Shown: positions 15,197 through 25,104 of the stretch, piece by piece | How positions within the stretch are numbered: position 1 is the first letter of the stretch | Layout of the letters: each line of letters starts with the position of its first letter | Virus record (IMG/VR): IMGVR_UViG_3300015615_000629 | Coordinates: 432,711-496,710 of that record | Length of the DNA stretch: 64,000 nucleotides | Strand: one strand, 5' to 3' | Origin: a virus | Taxonomy: Duplodnaviria; Heunggongvirae; Uroviricota; Caudoviricetes | Position numbers and translations under genes: made by a program | Notes under the pieces: generated by a model | Databases searched by the model: none | Seen by the model: only the letters and a program-made list of their open reading frames with translations | What the model was told of the DNA's origin: nothing

Positions 15197-16951
15197 ATGA
15201 ATAAAAAGAAAGTCGTAATAACTAAGAACACCAGGAAGTCAATAGCAGAACAAAATCATCAAAGGATTCAGGACGCACTAAAAGCAAAAAATACTCCTAA
15301 GAATTTTGTTGTTAAAAAAACAAACTTAGTCGGGGTTGGTGCAATGACACGACATAAAAAACTTCCCTTAACCGGAAATACAAAAAAGCCTGAAAAAGTT
15401 GATTTTGAGTCCCAACAAAGAGCTATTAACTGTGTCGAAATTGCTACTCCTAACTGGTTTCGTAATGACGGTCCTGTCGATGTTTCTATCATCGTTCCCA
15501 TGTTTCGAAGCCATGAGGTCATCAAAGACCAAATCAAATCTTGGCAATTAAATGATAATATCTCAAAAGAGATTATCTACGTAGACGATAATTGCCCGTT
15601 TAAATCGTTCCAGAGCGTTTTAGACACATGGGAGAAGCGTTTAGGGGACTTTGAGACACCTATCGGCAAAATAATTAAAAATAATCAAAATGGGGGCTTC
15701 GCCGAAGCCTGCAACGCAGGAGCTAAATACGCTTCTGGACAATATCTCGTCTTCCTTAATGCTGATTGCACCGTTACCGAAAATTGGCTACAACCCCTTT
15801 TAAATGCATTTAATTTAGGGGATGTGGGAATCGTAGGCAATATCCAGTTAAGACCTGATGGAGTTGTTTTATCTGCTGGTTCCGAATGGTTTCATGGTTA
15901 TTTTGCACATGTTGGCTTTGAAGTCTATAAAAGACAAAAATTGGTTAAGCCCCTTACGATGGAGAACTTGCCCAATGATCTTAAGGAGCTTAGAGAAGTC
16001 GAAATGACTACTGGCTGTTGTTTTGCCATTGAAAAGAAACTCTTTAATGCAGTTGGTGGTTTTGATACAAATTATAAAATTGGTTATTGGGAAGATACCG
16101 ATTTGAACATGAAGGTTCAAATGAGGGGCAAAAAAGTCTATGTCCAACCGGAATCAATTATTTATCATAAAATAGGACATTCTGGAGCTGGTGGACATGG
16201 CTATCTTACAAGAAACCGTGATAGATTTTACGAAAAGTGGGTTGACACCAAAGCCATCGAAATGTTTGTCAACAACAAAAACTCAAAAATAGACCAAACT
16301 AAAACAGTTGTTTATACTTCTATTTGTGGCGAATACGATGACCTTTCCGATAAACAAATCCAAGATGGAACCCAATTTATCGCTTTTATGGATAATGGAG
16401 TAGAATCCAAAATATGGGATATTTTACCAGTCCATAAAGAATTCAAGGACGCTAATCGTAATGCTAAGATACATAAGGTTTTAAGTCATAAATACTTCCC
16501 AGATAAAGAATATAGTTTATGGATTGATGGAAGTGTTGAACTACTTGCTCCATCATTTAAGATTATAGAGACTTTTATAAAAGATTATGATATTGTAGTT
16601 TTTAAACATCCACAACGTAAATGCATCTATGATGAAGCCGCCGTTTGCATAGAACGAAAATTAGATTTTAAAGATGTTATTGAAAAACAAATTAGAAGAT
16701 ATCAACACGAAAACTATCCTGCTAAAAATGGGCTAGTTGAAGCAACTATCCTTTTAAGAAGGCATAATTCAAGGGTGGCAGAATTTAATGAAATGTGGTG
16801 GAGAGAAATTTGTAAAGGCTCTAAAAGAGATCAAATAAGTTTCAATTATGTAGCAAGCAAAATGGGCGTTAAAATAGGCTACTTTCATGGAAGTTTAAGA
16901 AAGACGCAGAACGCTTTATTCCATAAAAGAGAACATAATAGAACGCGATGA
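15197..16951 (+). CDS. Two-domain glycosyltransferase (N-terminal GT2/GT-A plus a C-terminal second nucleotide-sugar-transferase-like domain)
   Basis: VSIIVPMF, YVDDNC and GGFAEACNAGAKYASGQYLVFLNADC form the GT-A motif set, with DxD read as NAD/DDN. The C-terminal 250 aa (TVVYTSICGEYDDL...SLWIDGSVEL) looks like a second transferase domain. Confidence 0.7.
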   Translation: MNKKKVVITKNTRKSIAEQNHQRIQDALKAKNTPKNFVVKKTNLVGVGAMTRHKKLPLTGNTKKPEKVDFESQQRAINCVEIATPNWFRNDGPVDVSIIVPMFRSHEVIKDQIKSWQLNDNISKEIIYVDDNCPFKSFQSVLDTWEKRLGDFETPIGKIIKNNQNGGFAEACNAGAKYASGQYLVFLNADCTVTENWLQPLLNAFNLGDVGIVGNIQLRPDGVVLSAGSEWFHGYFAHVGFEVYKRQKLVKPLTMENLPNDLKELREVEMTTGCCFAIEKKLFNAVGGFDTNYKIGYWEDTDLNMKVQMRGKKVYVQPESIIYHKIGHSGAGGHGYLTRNRDRFYEKWVDTKAIEMFVNNKNSKIDQTKTVVYTSICGEYDDLSDKQIQDGTQFIAFMDNGVESKIWDILPVHKEFKDANRNAKIHKVLSHKYFPDKEYSLWIDGSVELLAPSFKIIETFIKDYDIVVFKHPQRKCIYDEAAVCIERKLDFKDVIEKQIRRYQHENYPAKNGLVEATILLRRHNSRVAEFNEMWWREICKGSKRDQISFNYVASKMGVKIGYFHGSLRKTQNALFHKREHNRTR

Positions 16952-17883
16952 ACGTATTTTTTGGTCCGGTAAGAAATTATCCTTCTTGGAGTTGGGTCGG
17001 GGAAGATACAGTTAAAGAATTATCAAAATACATAGATATTCACACCTATCGAAACGAACATGTTCCCCCAAAATCCAAAGTAATTGTCGTAATAAAACAA
17101 CTTCCGAGCAAGAAATACTTTGATTTAGCAGATAGTTTTAAATCAAAAATAATCTACTGCCCAATTGATTATTTTCTAAGCGAAAAACACCTAAGAGGTT
17201 GTGGAGAACTCTTAAAAAGATGCTCTCTTGTCCTTTCTCATAGCGAACGCCTTTTGGAATATCTGAGAGATTATTGTAAAGCACAATATATCGACCATCA
17301 TGGGAAGTTTTTTCTAGAGCAACCTTCCTCTTATAAAGAAGAAGGATATGTGTTATGGGTCGGTGGACTACAATACACCCCATATTTGATAAATTGGCTA
17401 AACAGATTTCCTATAAAAGCACCAATTAAACTATTAACCGATTTAAGTAACGAAAGAGCAGAAGCCGCAGGAAATTCCATTTGTAAAAGATTCGACTTTA
17501 AACTTTCTATACAAAATGGTAAACTAAACGGCTACGAAGCAGAAGAATGGTCTGAATCTATTCAAACTAAGGCTTTAAAGGAAGCTAAAGCCGCAATTGA
17601 CATAAAAGGAACTGATTTTAACCAAGCACACAAACCACCTACAAAAGCACAAAAATATGTCTGCTCCGGCTTGCCTTTGGCAATGAACGAAGGCGAATCA
17701 GTAGAATATTTTAGAAATCGTGGATTTTATATCACTTCTCCAAGAAACCAAGCCGAATGGTTCTCTAGAGAATATTGGGAAAAAACTCAAGAAATAGGCA
17801 CAATACTAAAGCCCAAACTGGCGGTTGAGGCTATTGCACAAGAATTCTTAAAACATATTAATGGAATTTTACATGGGTCGTAA
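16948..17883 (+). CDS. Conserved hypothetical protein, paralog of 26456..27460
   Basis: Shares FGPVxNxPSWxWVG, KIIYxPxDYF, LTxLSN, SEAKAAIxIKxxDF, HKPPTKAQ and YWEKTQE blocks, in the same order, with the other copy. Confidence 0.5.
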   Translation: MNVFFGPVRNYPSWSWVGEDTVKELSKYIDIHTYRNEHVPPKSKVIVVIKQLPSKKYFDLADSFKSKIIYCPIDYFLSEKHLRGCGELLKRCSLVLSHSERLLEYLRDYCKAQYIDHHGKFFLEQPSSYKEEGYVLWVGGLQYTPYLINWLNRFPIKAPIKLLTDLSNERAEAAGNSICKRFDFKLSIQNGKLNGYEAEEWSESIQTKALKEAKAAIDIKGTDFNQAHKPPTKAQKYVCSGLPLAMNEGESVEYFRNRGFYITSPRNQAEWFSREYWEKTQEIGTILKPKLAVEAIAQEFLKHINGILHGS

Positions 17884-18547
17884 TAGAACAATTTGCACAA
17901 AAGCCTCCGTCATTATGCCGTGCTGTAATCGTTACGAAATTCTGGCAGAAAATCTAGAAATGGTTAGGGAACAAGCATATCCAGATATGGAAATGCTTGT
18001 CTGTGATGATAGCCATCCTTCTTATCTTAAAGAAAATCGCGGCGTATTGGAAAAGATACAGGCAATTCCAAGATTAAAATATTTCTATACGGCTAAATTT
18101 GATATAGAAGGAACTAAAACCTATGGTTTGGCAACCGCTAGAAATCATGGCGTAGTTAATGCTACAGGTTCTATTCTTGTCTTTTTGGACGAAAGAATCT
18201 GTCCTGCCAACAAAATGCTTGTTAGTATTTTTGCCGAAGAAATCCTTAAAGATGTAAAAAGGAAGATTTGGTTGTTCGGAGATAAAGGGGCACAAAAAAC
18301 CTCTTTTGTTGAGAATTGTTCGGCTATCTGGCGACAACATCTTATCGATGGAGGAATGTTCAACGAACAGATAAATAAGTACGGAGCCATGACTAGAGAA
18401 CTTTATACTAGATTCACCAGACAAGGCTTTGAATTTCTTTACTTGCCTGCCGCAAAAGCAACACCACTTGCTAAAAGCAGAGACAGAGAACGTAAAGAAA
18501 AAGAGATCGACGAATCAAGAGACTTTTTGAAGAGGATAGGTTACTAA
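17861..18547 (+). CDS. GT2-family (GT-A) glycosyltransferase
   Basis: ASVIMPCCNR, VCDDSH and YGLATARNHGVVNATGSILVFLDE. An alternative ATG lies at 17873. Confidence 0.6.
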   Translation: MEFYMGRNRTICTKASVIMPCCNRYEILAENLEMVREQAYPDMEMLVCDDSHPSYLKENRGVLEKIQAIPRLKYFYTAKFDIEGTKTYGLATARNHGVVNATGSILVFLDERICPANKMLVSIFAEEILKDVKRKIWLFGDKGAQKTSFVENCSAIWRQHLIDGGMFNEQINKYGAMTRELYTRFTRQGFEFLYLPAAKATPLAKSRDRERKEKEIDESRDFLKRIGY

Positions 18548-19233
18548 TGAATCATTTAGTTTTAGGACTCGGTGAAATCGGAACCGCTATGAAAACGGTT
18601 CTATCTGAAAAATATTCTTGTTCTGGAAGAGATATTCAAAGCGATTTAACCGGAAAATTCGACGTTTTACATGTCTGTTTCCCTTATTTCGTCAATTTCG
18701 TTGAAGTTGTCGAAATGTATAAAAAAGAATATGCGGCTGATAACGCTTTGGTAATCATCCATTCAACCGTTCCTATTGGGGTTTCTTCCCAATGTGCCGC
18801 CGTTCATTCACCAGTAAGAGGCATTCATCCGCATCTCGTTGATGGAATCAAGACATTCATTAAGTTCTTCGGTGGAGAAAGAGCCAAAGATGCCGCTAAA
18901 TTATTCCAAGACCTGGGAATTGGCACCATTACCACACCCAAATCCGAAACCACTGAAGCACTTAAATTGTGGGAAACTACCATTTACGCTTGGAATATTA
19001 TCTTGGAAAAAGAAATTTACCGTTATTGTCAAGAAAAAGAGATAGATTTTGACGTTGTTTACACAGATGCCAATAAGACCTATAATGAAGGTTATGAAGC
19101 ATTGGGACGACCAGAGTATAAGAAGTTTATTCTTAAGCATGTAGATGGCCCAATTGGCGGACATTGCTTAATTCCTAATGCTAAACTCTTAAGAAGCTGG
19201 GTGTGTGATACTATTTTAGAGAAAAACAAGTGA
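18547..19233 (+). CDS. Truncated UDP-glucose/GDP-mannose dehydrogenase-family protein (NAD-binding and central domains only)
   Basis: VLGLGEIGTAM Rossmann motif, the KLWETTIYAWNIILEKEIYRYCQEKEIDFDVV central helix, and the catalytic Cys region GGHCLIPN. It ends about 120 aa short of full-length enzymes. Confidence 0.55.
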   Translation: MNHLVLGLGEIGTAMKTVLSEKYSCSGRDIQSDLTGKFDVLHVCFPYFVNFVEVVEMYKKEYAADNALVIIHSTVPIGVSSQCAAVHSPVRGIHPHLVDGIKTFIKFFGGERAKDAAKLFQDLGIGTITTPKSETTEALKLWETTIYAWNIILEKEIYRYCQEKEIDFDVVYTDANKTYNEGYEALGRPEYKKFILKHVDGPIGGHCLIPNAKLLRSWVCDTILEKNK

Positions 19234-20042
19234 AAATATCATCTTATTTCATAGTTACCGAACCCGATAAAATGGGGTTCCCTTATCTGGAATGTGTCAA
19301 AGCCGCACTTTCTTTCTGTGATGAGGCTGTTGTAGTTTGCGGACGTAAAGAACAATCCAGCGAAGACAAACTCCTCAAACTAAGCAAAAATGTAAAAGTA
19401 ATCAACACTTACGGTTGGCCAGTTAAATGGAATTATGACCATATGCGGGATCATCTCCAAATAGGATTAAATAATTGTACAGGTGATTTTTGTCTCAAAA
19501 TTGATGCCGATTGTGTATTCAGAAACGAAAGAGCAAAAGACTATCGAGATTTATTTGAAGAAAACAAAGATATTCATAGAATCGATTTTGGCAGAGTTAA
19601 TTTCTTTTGCAAGAACATATTCTTCTTCAACAGAAAGAATCACGACATTTTCGCTCTAAACAAGACTCTTCTTAAGAAGGATGGAATTGATTACTTCATT
19701 GGAAATCGCAATCCCGACGGAAGTATCAACAGCACTCAGCCAGAGTTTAGCAAAGATATCACTACGATTCAAGTTTCTGATGGCGGTTTGTGGCCGATTA
19801 ATTATGACAATACATTTATGGATAAGGAACAAGTCATAGTAAAATGGATAAACTGGCATAAAGCAATTGGAAATGATGAGCAATCAAGAAATGATTGGGA
19901 AGCAGCCTATACGTCTTATATGGATAAAAAGAGAACTAAATCGAAGGCTGAAGCGAATTACCTCCATCCGGAAGTAATGACTGAAAGGATTAAGAATCTA
20001 AAACCCGAACATTGGGGATATAATAATTTTGGAGCGGTATGA
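19230..20042 (+). CDS. Hypothetical protein (possible GT-A-like fold)
   Basis: GTG start overlaps the upstream TGA (GTGA). An alternative ATG lies at 19272. No decisive motif. Confidence 0.35.
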   Translation: MKISSYFIVTEPDKMGFPYLECVKAALSFCDEAVVVCGRKEQSSEDKLLKLSKNVKVINTYGWPVKWNYDHMRDHLQIGLNNCTGDFCLKIDADCVFRNERAKDYRDLFEENKDIHRIDFGRVNFFCKNIFFFNRKNHDIFALNKTLLKKDGIDYFIGNRNPDGSINSTQPEFSKDITTIQVSDGGLWPINYDNTFMDKEQVIVKWINWHKAIGNDEQSRNDWEAAYTSYMDKKRTKSKAEANYLHPEVMTERIKNLKPEHWGYNNFGAV

Positions 20043-20560
20043 AAACTTTTGTAGTATTAGGATTTCCAAGAAGTGCTACTTCATTGATAGCCAAGGGATT
20101 ATTTAATGAAATTTATATGGGAGAAGACTTTCTGGAACCTAATGAATGGAACGTACACGGCTATTTTGAGAACAAAAAATTTCTCGATTTAAACAATAAA
20201 ATTCTAAAAGCAGCCGGTGGAGGTTGGAGAGACGTTCCTTCTGAAGCGGCAATTCTTGAAAAAGGTGCTAAATTCTCTAATGAAATTCAAGATTTAATCA
20301 AATCTGAGTCTGCTGGAAAAGACCATTGGGGCTGGAAAGAACCCAGAACCACTCTGACAATTAGACTTTATTTGCCTTATCTTGAAAATCCACATTTTAT
20401 TTTCTGTTTAAGAGACCCAAAAGAAGCCGCTTTGTCTTTAAATAAGTTTAAACATGTTCCCTTGGAAGAAGGGCTTAAATTAGCCGCTACTTACAACGAC
20501 CGTGCTCTTAATTTTTTAAGGGATTTCTCGAATGAAGAACATTTACATAGAAAACATTAG
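20039..20560 (+). CDS. Sulfotransferase-fold protein
   Basis: VVLGFPRSATSL is a PAPS 5'-phosphosulfate-binding loop (GxPRSGTT-like). FCLRDPKEAALS is a 3'-phosphate-binding RDP motif. Confidence 0.55.
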   Translation: MKTFVVLGFPRSATSLIAKGLFNEIYMGEDFLEPNEWNVHGYFENKKFLDLNNKILKAAGGGWRDVPSEAAILEKGAKFSNEIQDLIKSESAGKDHWGWKEPRTTLTIRLYLPYLENPHFIFCLRDPKEAALSLNKFKHVPLEEGLKLAATYNDRALNFLRDFSNEEHLHRKH

Positions 20561-21407
20561 TAAACAAACCCTTGGCGGTGGCTTTATCTTTCTTTCTAAC
20601 TTCAAAAAAGGTTCAGAAGGTAAAGCAGAGTTTGTCAAAAGTTGGCAAGAATCCCATTGCGTCTTCGTTGGAAGCGTTACAATGGCAAATAGAGACGAAT
20701 TAAGTACAGCCAAATCAAAAGGTAAAAGAATTCTACTTAGAATAGATAACATGCCTAAAGATAGCAGGAATCGCGGTACTGCATTCAGCCGTATGCGTGA
20801 TATTGCTAAAATGGCAGATGTTATTGTGTTTCAGAGCAAATGGGCCAAAGAATATGTAGGGACTTGGCTGGCAGACAAGCACGGCGTTGATTTAAGTAAA
20901 AGTAAAGTTATTTACAACGGCGTAGACCCTGAATTCTTCTATTGTAACAATAAGCCCACTTCTAGAGGGGAAACTTACCTGTTTTGCACTTACAATCGAG
21001 ATGAAAACAAACGTTTTCCCGAAGCGGCTTATGACTTTCATAAAAGACATGTCCAAGCCAGAAAAGAAGGCAGACAACCGCCTAAACTAAAGATAGTTGG
21101 CAACTTTTCTCCAGAAAATATGCAATATAACTTTGACTTTTTCGATGACGAAGTCATAGAACATATGGTTCCTATTGATAGCAGAAAACAAATGGGAAAT
21201 CTTTACCGTTCTTGTCAATATCTGTATTTCCCAGCCTTTGCAGATGCATCGCCTAACACCGTTTCAGAAGCACTAGCCTGTGGTTGTAAGATTTTACTGG
21301 CAAATGATATAGGTGGAACTAAAGAAGTAATCGAAGTATTTTCTAAAAGCACGATTACCATTCAAGAAATGGCCGACCAATACTTGGAGTTAGCCTTTGG
21401 AGATTAA
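20532..21407 (+). CDS. GT-B glycosyltransferase (GT4-like)
   Basis: C-terminal FPAFADASPNTVSEALACGCKILLANDIGG is a GT-B nucleotide-sugar binding region. Confidence 0.55.
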   Translation: MKNIYIENISKQTLGGGFIFLSNFKKGSEGKAEFVKSWQESHCVFVGSVTMANRDELSTAKSKGKRILLRIDNMPKDSRNRGTAFSRMRDIAKMADVIVFQSKWAKEYVGTWLADKHGVDLSKSKVIYNGVDPEFFYCNNKPTSRGETYLFCTYNRDENKRFPEAAYDFHKRHVQARKEGRQPPKLKIVGNFSPENMQYNFDFFDDEVIEHMVPIDSRKQMGNLYRSCQYLYFPAFADASPNTVSEALACGCKILLANDIGGTKEVIEVFSKSTITIQEMADQYLELAFGD

Positions 21408-22014
21408 ATCAAGTTGGGATGATGGAGCCAAAGAAGATATAAAACTGGCCGAATTACTCAAAAAATATAACATCAAATCCACTTTCTTTTGGACTGTGGC
21501 TATGAAACATTCCCTTCATATGGGTAAAGTTAAGGAATTCCTTGATGAGAAAGACCTAGAAACTATTGCCAAAGACTTTGAAATAGGTTCTCATGGCTGG
21601 AATCATTCCAGATTAACAGAAGTAGCAGACCACGACTTAAAGCGTGAAATAGTCCATTCAAGACAATATTGGCAGGATAAAGTCAAACAGCCTATCAATG
21701 AATTCTGTTATTCCAGGGGAAGAGCAAACGATAAAATAAAGAAGATGGTTAAAGATGCTGGATACACTTCTGCCCGCTCTACCGTAGTTGGTAATGTAAA
21801 GCAGTCTTTAGACCCATTTTGGATTGAAACTGCGGTCCATGTAGGAATTGATCGTCCCCAATATGATGGTATCCCTTGGCGGGAATTTGGAATAAAAATG
21901 TTTAAACAGGCTAAAGAAACTGATGGTGTTTTCCATTTCTTTGGGCATAGTTGGGAAATAGAGCAAAACAACCAGTGGAAAGCCCTTGAGGGCTTCTTAA
22001 AGGATATATCATGA
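21397..22014 (+). CDS. Polysaccharide deacetylase (NodB / CE4 family)
   Basis: SWDDG is CE4 motif 1 (TFDDG) and GSHGWNH is motif 2. A TTG start is needed to include motif 1. Confidence 0.55.
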   Translation: MEIKSSWDDGAKEDIKLAELLKKYNIKSTFFWTVAMKHSLHMGKVKEFLDEKDLETIAKDFEIGSHGWNHSRLTEVADHDLKREIVHSRQYWQDKVKQPINEFCYSRGRANDKIKKMVKDAGYTSARSTVVGNVKQSLDPFWIETAVHVGIDRPQYDGIPWREFGIKMFKQAKETDGVFHFFGHSWEIEQNNQWKALEGFLKDIS

Positions 22015-22535
22015 GCTTTTACAGAGAACAACTAGAGAAGTATCTATCTGAATTAAATATTAATGCAGAAACCGTCCTAGACGTTGGAGGAAGGCATAAA
22101 TCGGTGCAGGGAAGGACTAAATCTTGGAATGTAAAGAATTATTATGTTTTAGACCTTCCGGAGTACGATTTGGATGAAGAAATCAAGTTTGAACATAAGG
22201 GCGACCTTATCTTCTGTTTAGAAGTATTTGAATACCTAATTAATCCGCTTCAAGGGATGAGGAATATAGCAAGTTTGTTGAAAAAGGACGGCAAGGCTAT
22301 TATTAGTTTTCCTTTGGTCTACCCAGTTCACAATGAAGTTGAAAAGGATAGTTTAAGATTTACAGAAAGTGGAATTAGACGATTGGCGACCAAGGCTGGT
22401 TTGAACGTTTCAAAAGTTAATTACAGAAAGACGAAAAGTAATACATTGGTTCAGTATTTTCACGAAGATGGCATGAGAATGGCTAAAGGGGTCAATCATC
22501 ATGTAACTGGTTATATTTGCGAGATTAAGCACTAA
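22011..22535 (+). CDS. SAM-dependent methyltransferase (Methyltransf_11/23-like)
   Basis: VLDVGG motif I and DLIFCLEVFEYL motif II. ATGA coupling with the upstream stop. Confidence 0.45.
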   Translation: MSFYREQLEKYLSELNINAETVLDVGGRHKSVQGRTKSWNVKNYYVLDLPEYDLDEEIKFEHKGDLIFCLEVFEYLINPLQGMRNIASLLKKDGKAIISFPLVYPVHNEVEKDSLRFTESGIRRLATKAGLNVSKVNYRKTKSNTLVQYFHEDGMRMAKGVNHHVTGYICEIKH

Positions 22536-22542
22536 ATAAGAC

Positions 22543-22881
22543 ATGCTTACATTTGAAGATTGGCTAAAAGAACAACCTCAACATGAGGGATGGGTGAAAA
22601 ATTTAGCAATGACTGGAGCCTTAATGGGTTCTGCATTGGGCGGATACAAATATGCCAACACTAACAACAATCCCAGTAATATACAAAATCAATCTTATAC
22701 GAGTCCGGATGCCGCTGATTACCTTAGCGGTGTTTCTTTAGACGAGCCACAAACCAAACAATCTACAGGTCCATTTGCAGCGGCAAAGAGAAATCGAGAT
22801 GAATTAAGAAACAAAGCCAAGCAATTAAAATCTGCTGGTCGTAAAAGTGGGACATTTGTTCATGGGGAATTACAACCTTGA
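22543..22881 (+). CDS. Hypothetical protein
   Basis: ATG-initiated ORF at the end of the plus-strand block. Confidence 0.4.
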   Translation: MLTFEDWLKEQPQHEGWVKNLAMTGALMGSALGGYKYANTNNNPSNIQNQSYTSPDAADYLSGVSLDEPQTKQSTGPFAAAKRNRDELRNKAKQLKSAGRKSGTFVHGELQP

Positions 22882-22901
22882 CCAATTTCGTGGAGTTTGG
22901 A

Positions 22902-23564
22902 TTAAAGTAACTGGTCGAATTCTGGCCGAAAATATTTACCAATATTTTGCCGTGTTTCTTTTTCCCACTCTTCTGTGGCAAATTTAGGATGTTCTTTATA
23001 ATTGGCGTAAAACACTTTAAATTTATTATCTCCTACCCACGCTTCATGAAGTAATTTGTCGAACCAATCATTTGGTTTATTTCTGGTAGAAAGGATTGTT
23101 ACGTTTTTGGCGTAAGAACATGCCGGTAACAATGCCTTCCAATGTGTATCCATATCTTGTGCGAAAGACATTTCATCTAAAAACAAATAATCCATCGAAC
23201 GACCGCAACAAGATATTGGCGTGCCGAAGTATATTGTAGATCCATTATCAAATTCTACTTGATGATGGTTTGTGCTAACATCGCCCCTTTTTAAAGTCCA
23301 GCGAGCCGCCATACACATTCTATCTGTTTTTGTAACAAACATTGCCTTGGTGTTTGGAGTGCTCAAACAATTCCAATATAACCAATTGCTCATTGTTGTG
23401 GTGAAGCCGCCTTGTCTGAATTTACTGCCAACTACAAACCTGTTTTTACTACATGTTTCAATCAATCTCTTCTGGAAATCGAACAATTCAAATGGAACTT
23501 CTTTAGGGTAGTCTAACGTTACCTCATTCTTGCAATACTCAAAAAATTCTTCGTAATCATTCAT
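22902..23564 (-). CDS. Terminase-large-subunit ATPase-domain paralog (ATPase only, no nuclease domain)
   Basis: FQKRLIETCSKNRFVVGSKFRQGGFTTT (Walker A) and DYLFLDEMSF (Walker B) align block-by-block with the bona fide terminase at 47885..49690 (YQRKVIKDYQKYRFNIISKFRQGGLTTV...FLIIDEAAF...THWK). Confidence 0.6.
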   Translation of the reverse strand: MNDYEEFFEYCKNEVTLDYPKEVPFELFDFQKRLIETCSKNRFVVGSKFRQGGFTTTMSNWLYWNCLSTPNTKAMFVTKTDRMCMAARWTLKRGDVSTNHHQVEFDNGSTIYFGTPISCCGRSMDYLFLDEMSFAQDMDTHWKALLPACSYAKNVTILSTRNKPNDWFDKLLHEAWVGDNKFKVFYANYKEHPKFATEEWEKETRQNIGKYFRPEFDQLL

Positions 23565-24543
23565 TTTTATTCTCCAACATAATTTTAACTAATTCTTCAA
23601 AACTTGTTTTAGGTTCCCAGCCTAGTTTCTCTTTTGCCTTTTTTGAACATCCACGTAAAAATGGCACTTCATTAGGCCGCATAAACTTTTCAGATTCAAC
23701 TACGAAATCCTTCCAATTCAAATCATAATGCCCAAATGCAACCTCAAGGAAACGCTCGACTGTATTAGTCTCCCCAGTAGCTATTACGTAATCATCGCCC
23801 TTGTCTTGTGCCAACATCAATCGCATTGCTTCCACATAATCCTTGGCATATCCCCAATCTCTAGATGCATTTAAATTGCCGAGTTCAAGTTTGGGGTAAT
23901 TAGCAGGATCTAAACAACAACGATATCCCTGAATATAATTAACTATCTTTTGCGTTACAAAATTAGCCCCTCTTCTGGGACTTTCGTGGTTAAACAGTAT
24001 TCCTACACTAGCATGTAATTTATATGTATCTCGATACATCTTCACCATTTGATGAGCCGCTACTTTGGCTACCGCATAAGGAGATACAGGCTCAAACGGA
24101 GTAAGTTCATACTGGTAGTCTACTATCTCGCGGGCGAGATTTGTCCACGCTTTACCGAATTGTTCCGAAGAACCAGCTTGGTAAAAGCGTGCTTCGGGAC
24201 AAATATTGCGATACGCCTCAAGTAGATTAACACAGCCGGTAGCAGTTACTTCAAAGGTATATTTGGGATTCTCATAAGAGATGCCTACATGGGACTGAGC
24301 AGCCAGATTATAAATTTCATCTGGCTTGTACTTAGACAACAAGGCACATAAACAATTAGAATCCGTTACGTCACCATGTTCAAGAGTAAGTTTGGGATGA
24401 TTAACTACACTACTTAATCTCCACAATCCACCCGATGTGCTATGACGACGAATTAAACCAATGACTTCATGACCATCAGCCAAAAGAGATTCGGCTAGAT
24501 AAGAGCCATCCTGACCATTAATCCCTGTGCAAAGGACTTTCAT
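23557..24543 (-). CDS. gmd: GDP-mannose 4,6-dehydratase
   Basis: CTGINGQDGSYLAESLLADGHEV, LAAQSHV, SPYAVAKVAAHQM and FNHESPRRG are canonical Gmd (SDR-extended) motifs. Confidence 0.85.
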   Translation of the reverse strand: MKVLCTGINGQDGSYLAESLLADGHEVIGLIRRHSTSGGLWRLSSVVNHPKLTLEHGDVTDSNCLCALLSKYKPDEIYNLAAQSHVGISYENPKYTFEVTATGCVNLLEAYRNICPEARFYQAGSSEQFGKAWTNLAREIVDYQYELTPFEPVSPYAVAKVAAHQMVKMYRDTYKLHASVGILFNHESPRRGANFVTQKIVNYIQGYRCCLDPANYPKLELGNLNASRDWGYAKDYVEAMRLMLAQDKGDDYVIATGETNTVERFLEVAFGHYDLNWKDFVVESEKFMRPNEVPFLRGCSKKAKEKLGWEPKTSFEELVKIMLENKNE

Positions 24544-24920
24544 TTAACCTCTTGTCGCCCATGTGTTAAAGTTTTAAAGACACCCTTAACGTTTTCCATC
24601 CATGTGTTTGCCCAAGGTCCACGAAATGTTAAAACATAAGTTCTGCCAACACTGTTTACCTTATGAAAAGTATCACGTTTGGTAATAATAGGGAAAAGAG
24701 AAGGCTTATGTTCCTCTACCTCTCCGTCAAAGTGTTGTTCAACCAATTTGCCTGAAAATATCCAACTCACACAGTTGAAAGCATGGCTGTGATATGCTTC
24801 ACGTGTGCCATTTTCAAACCTGAGCAAGGCTATGCTAAATAAGGACTTAATTTCAACCAACCAAAAGCCCCAAACATACGATTCAGGGCCACCATCTTTA
24901 CCACGAGATAGTATTTTCAT
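24540..24920 (-). CDS. Hypothetical protein (possible small cupin / sugar ketoisomerase-like)
   Basis: HSHAFNCVSWIFSG resembles a cupin HxH...G metal site. It is adjacent to gmd. Confidence 0.3.
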   Translation of the reverse strand: MKILSRGKDGGPESYVWGFWLVEIKSLFSIALLRFENGTREAYHSHAFNCVSWIFSGKLVEQHFDGEVEEHKPSLFPIITKRDTFHKVNSVGRTYVLTFRGPWANTWMENVKGVFKTLTHGRQEVK

Positions 24921-25104
24921 TTTTTGTTCTCCATTTTAGACATTCAAGACTATAATCAAAAGTGTGATAAATAATAGTTGCCAATATAAAAAATGGCATA
25001 TCTCTCCATCCTAAATTATTAAATGTCCCACCACAATACAAAACCGCTACTATTACCAAAAAATTAAGCAAAAGGCTTCTTAGCAGGTTAATGAAGAATA
25101 TCAT
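24898..25104 (-). CDS. Small 2-TM membrane protein, paralog of 28777..28974
   Basis: Shares (A/T)V(L)YCGG.(F/I)N and LE(C/Y)(L/I)KW(R/T)K blocks with the other copy. Confidence 0.4.
   Translation of the reverse strand: MIFFINLLRSLLLNFLVIVAVLYCGGTFNNLGWRDMPFFILATIIYHTFDYSLECLKWRTKNENTISW

Noticed and set aside
18074-18424. Minus-strand ORFs antisense to the GT2 gene
   Set aside because: They are shadow ORFs inside a gene with clear GT-A motifs.
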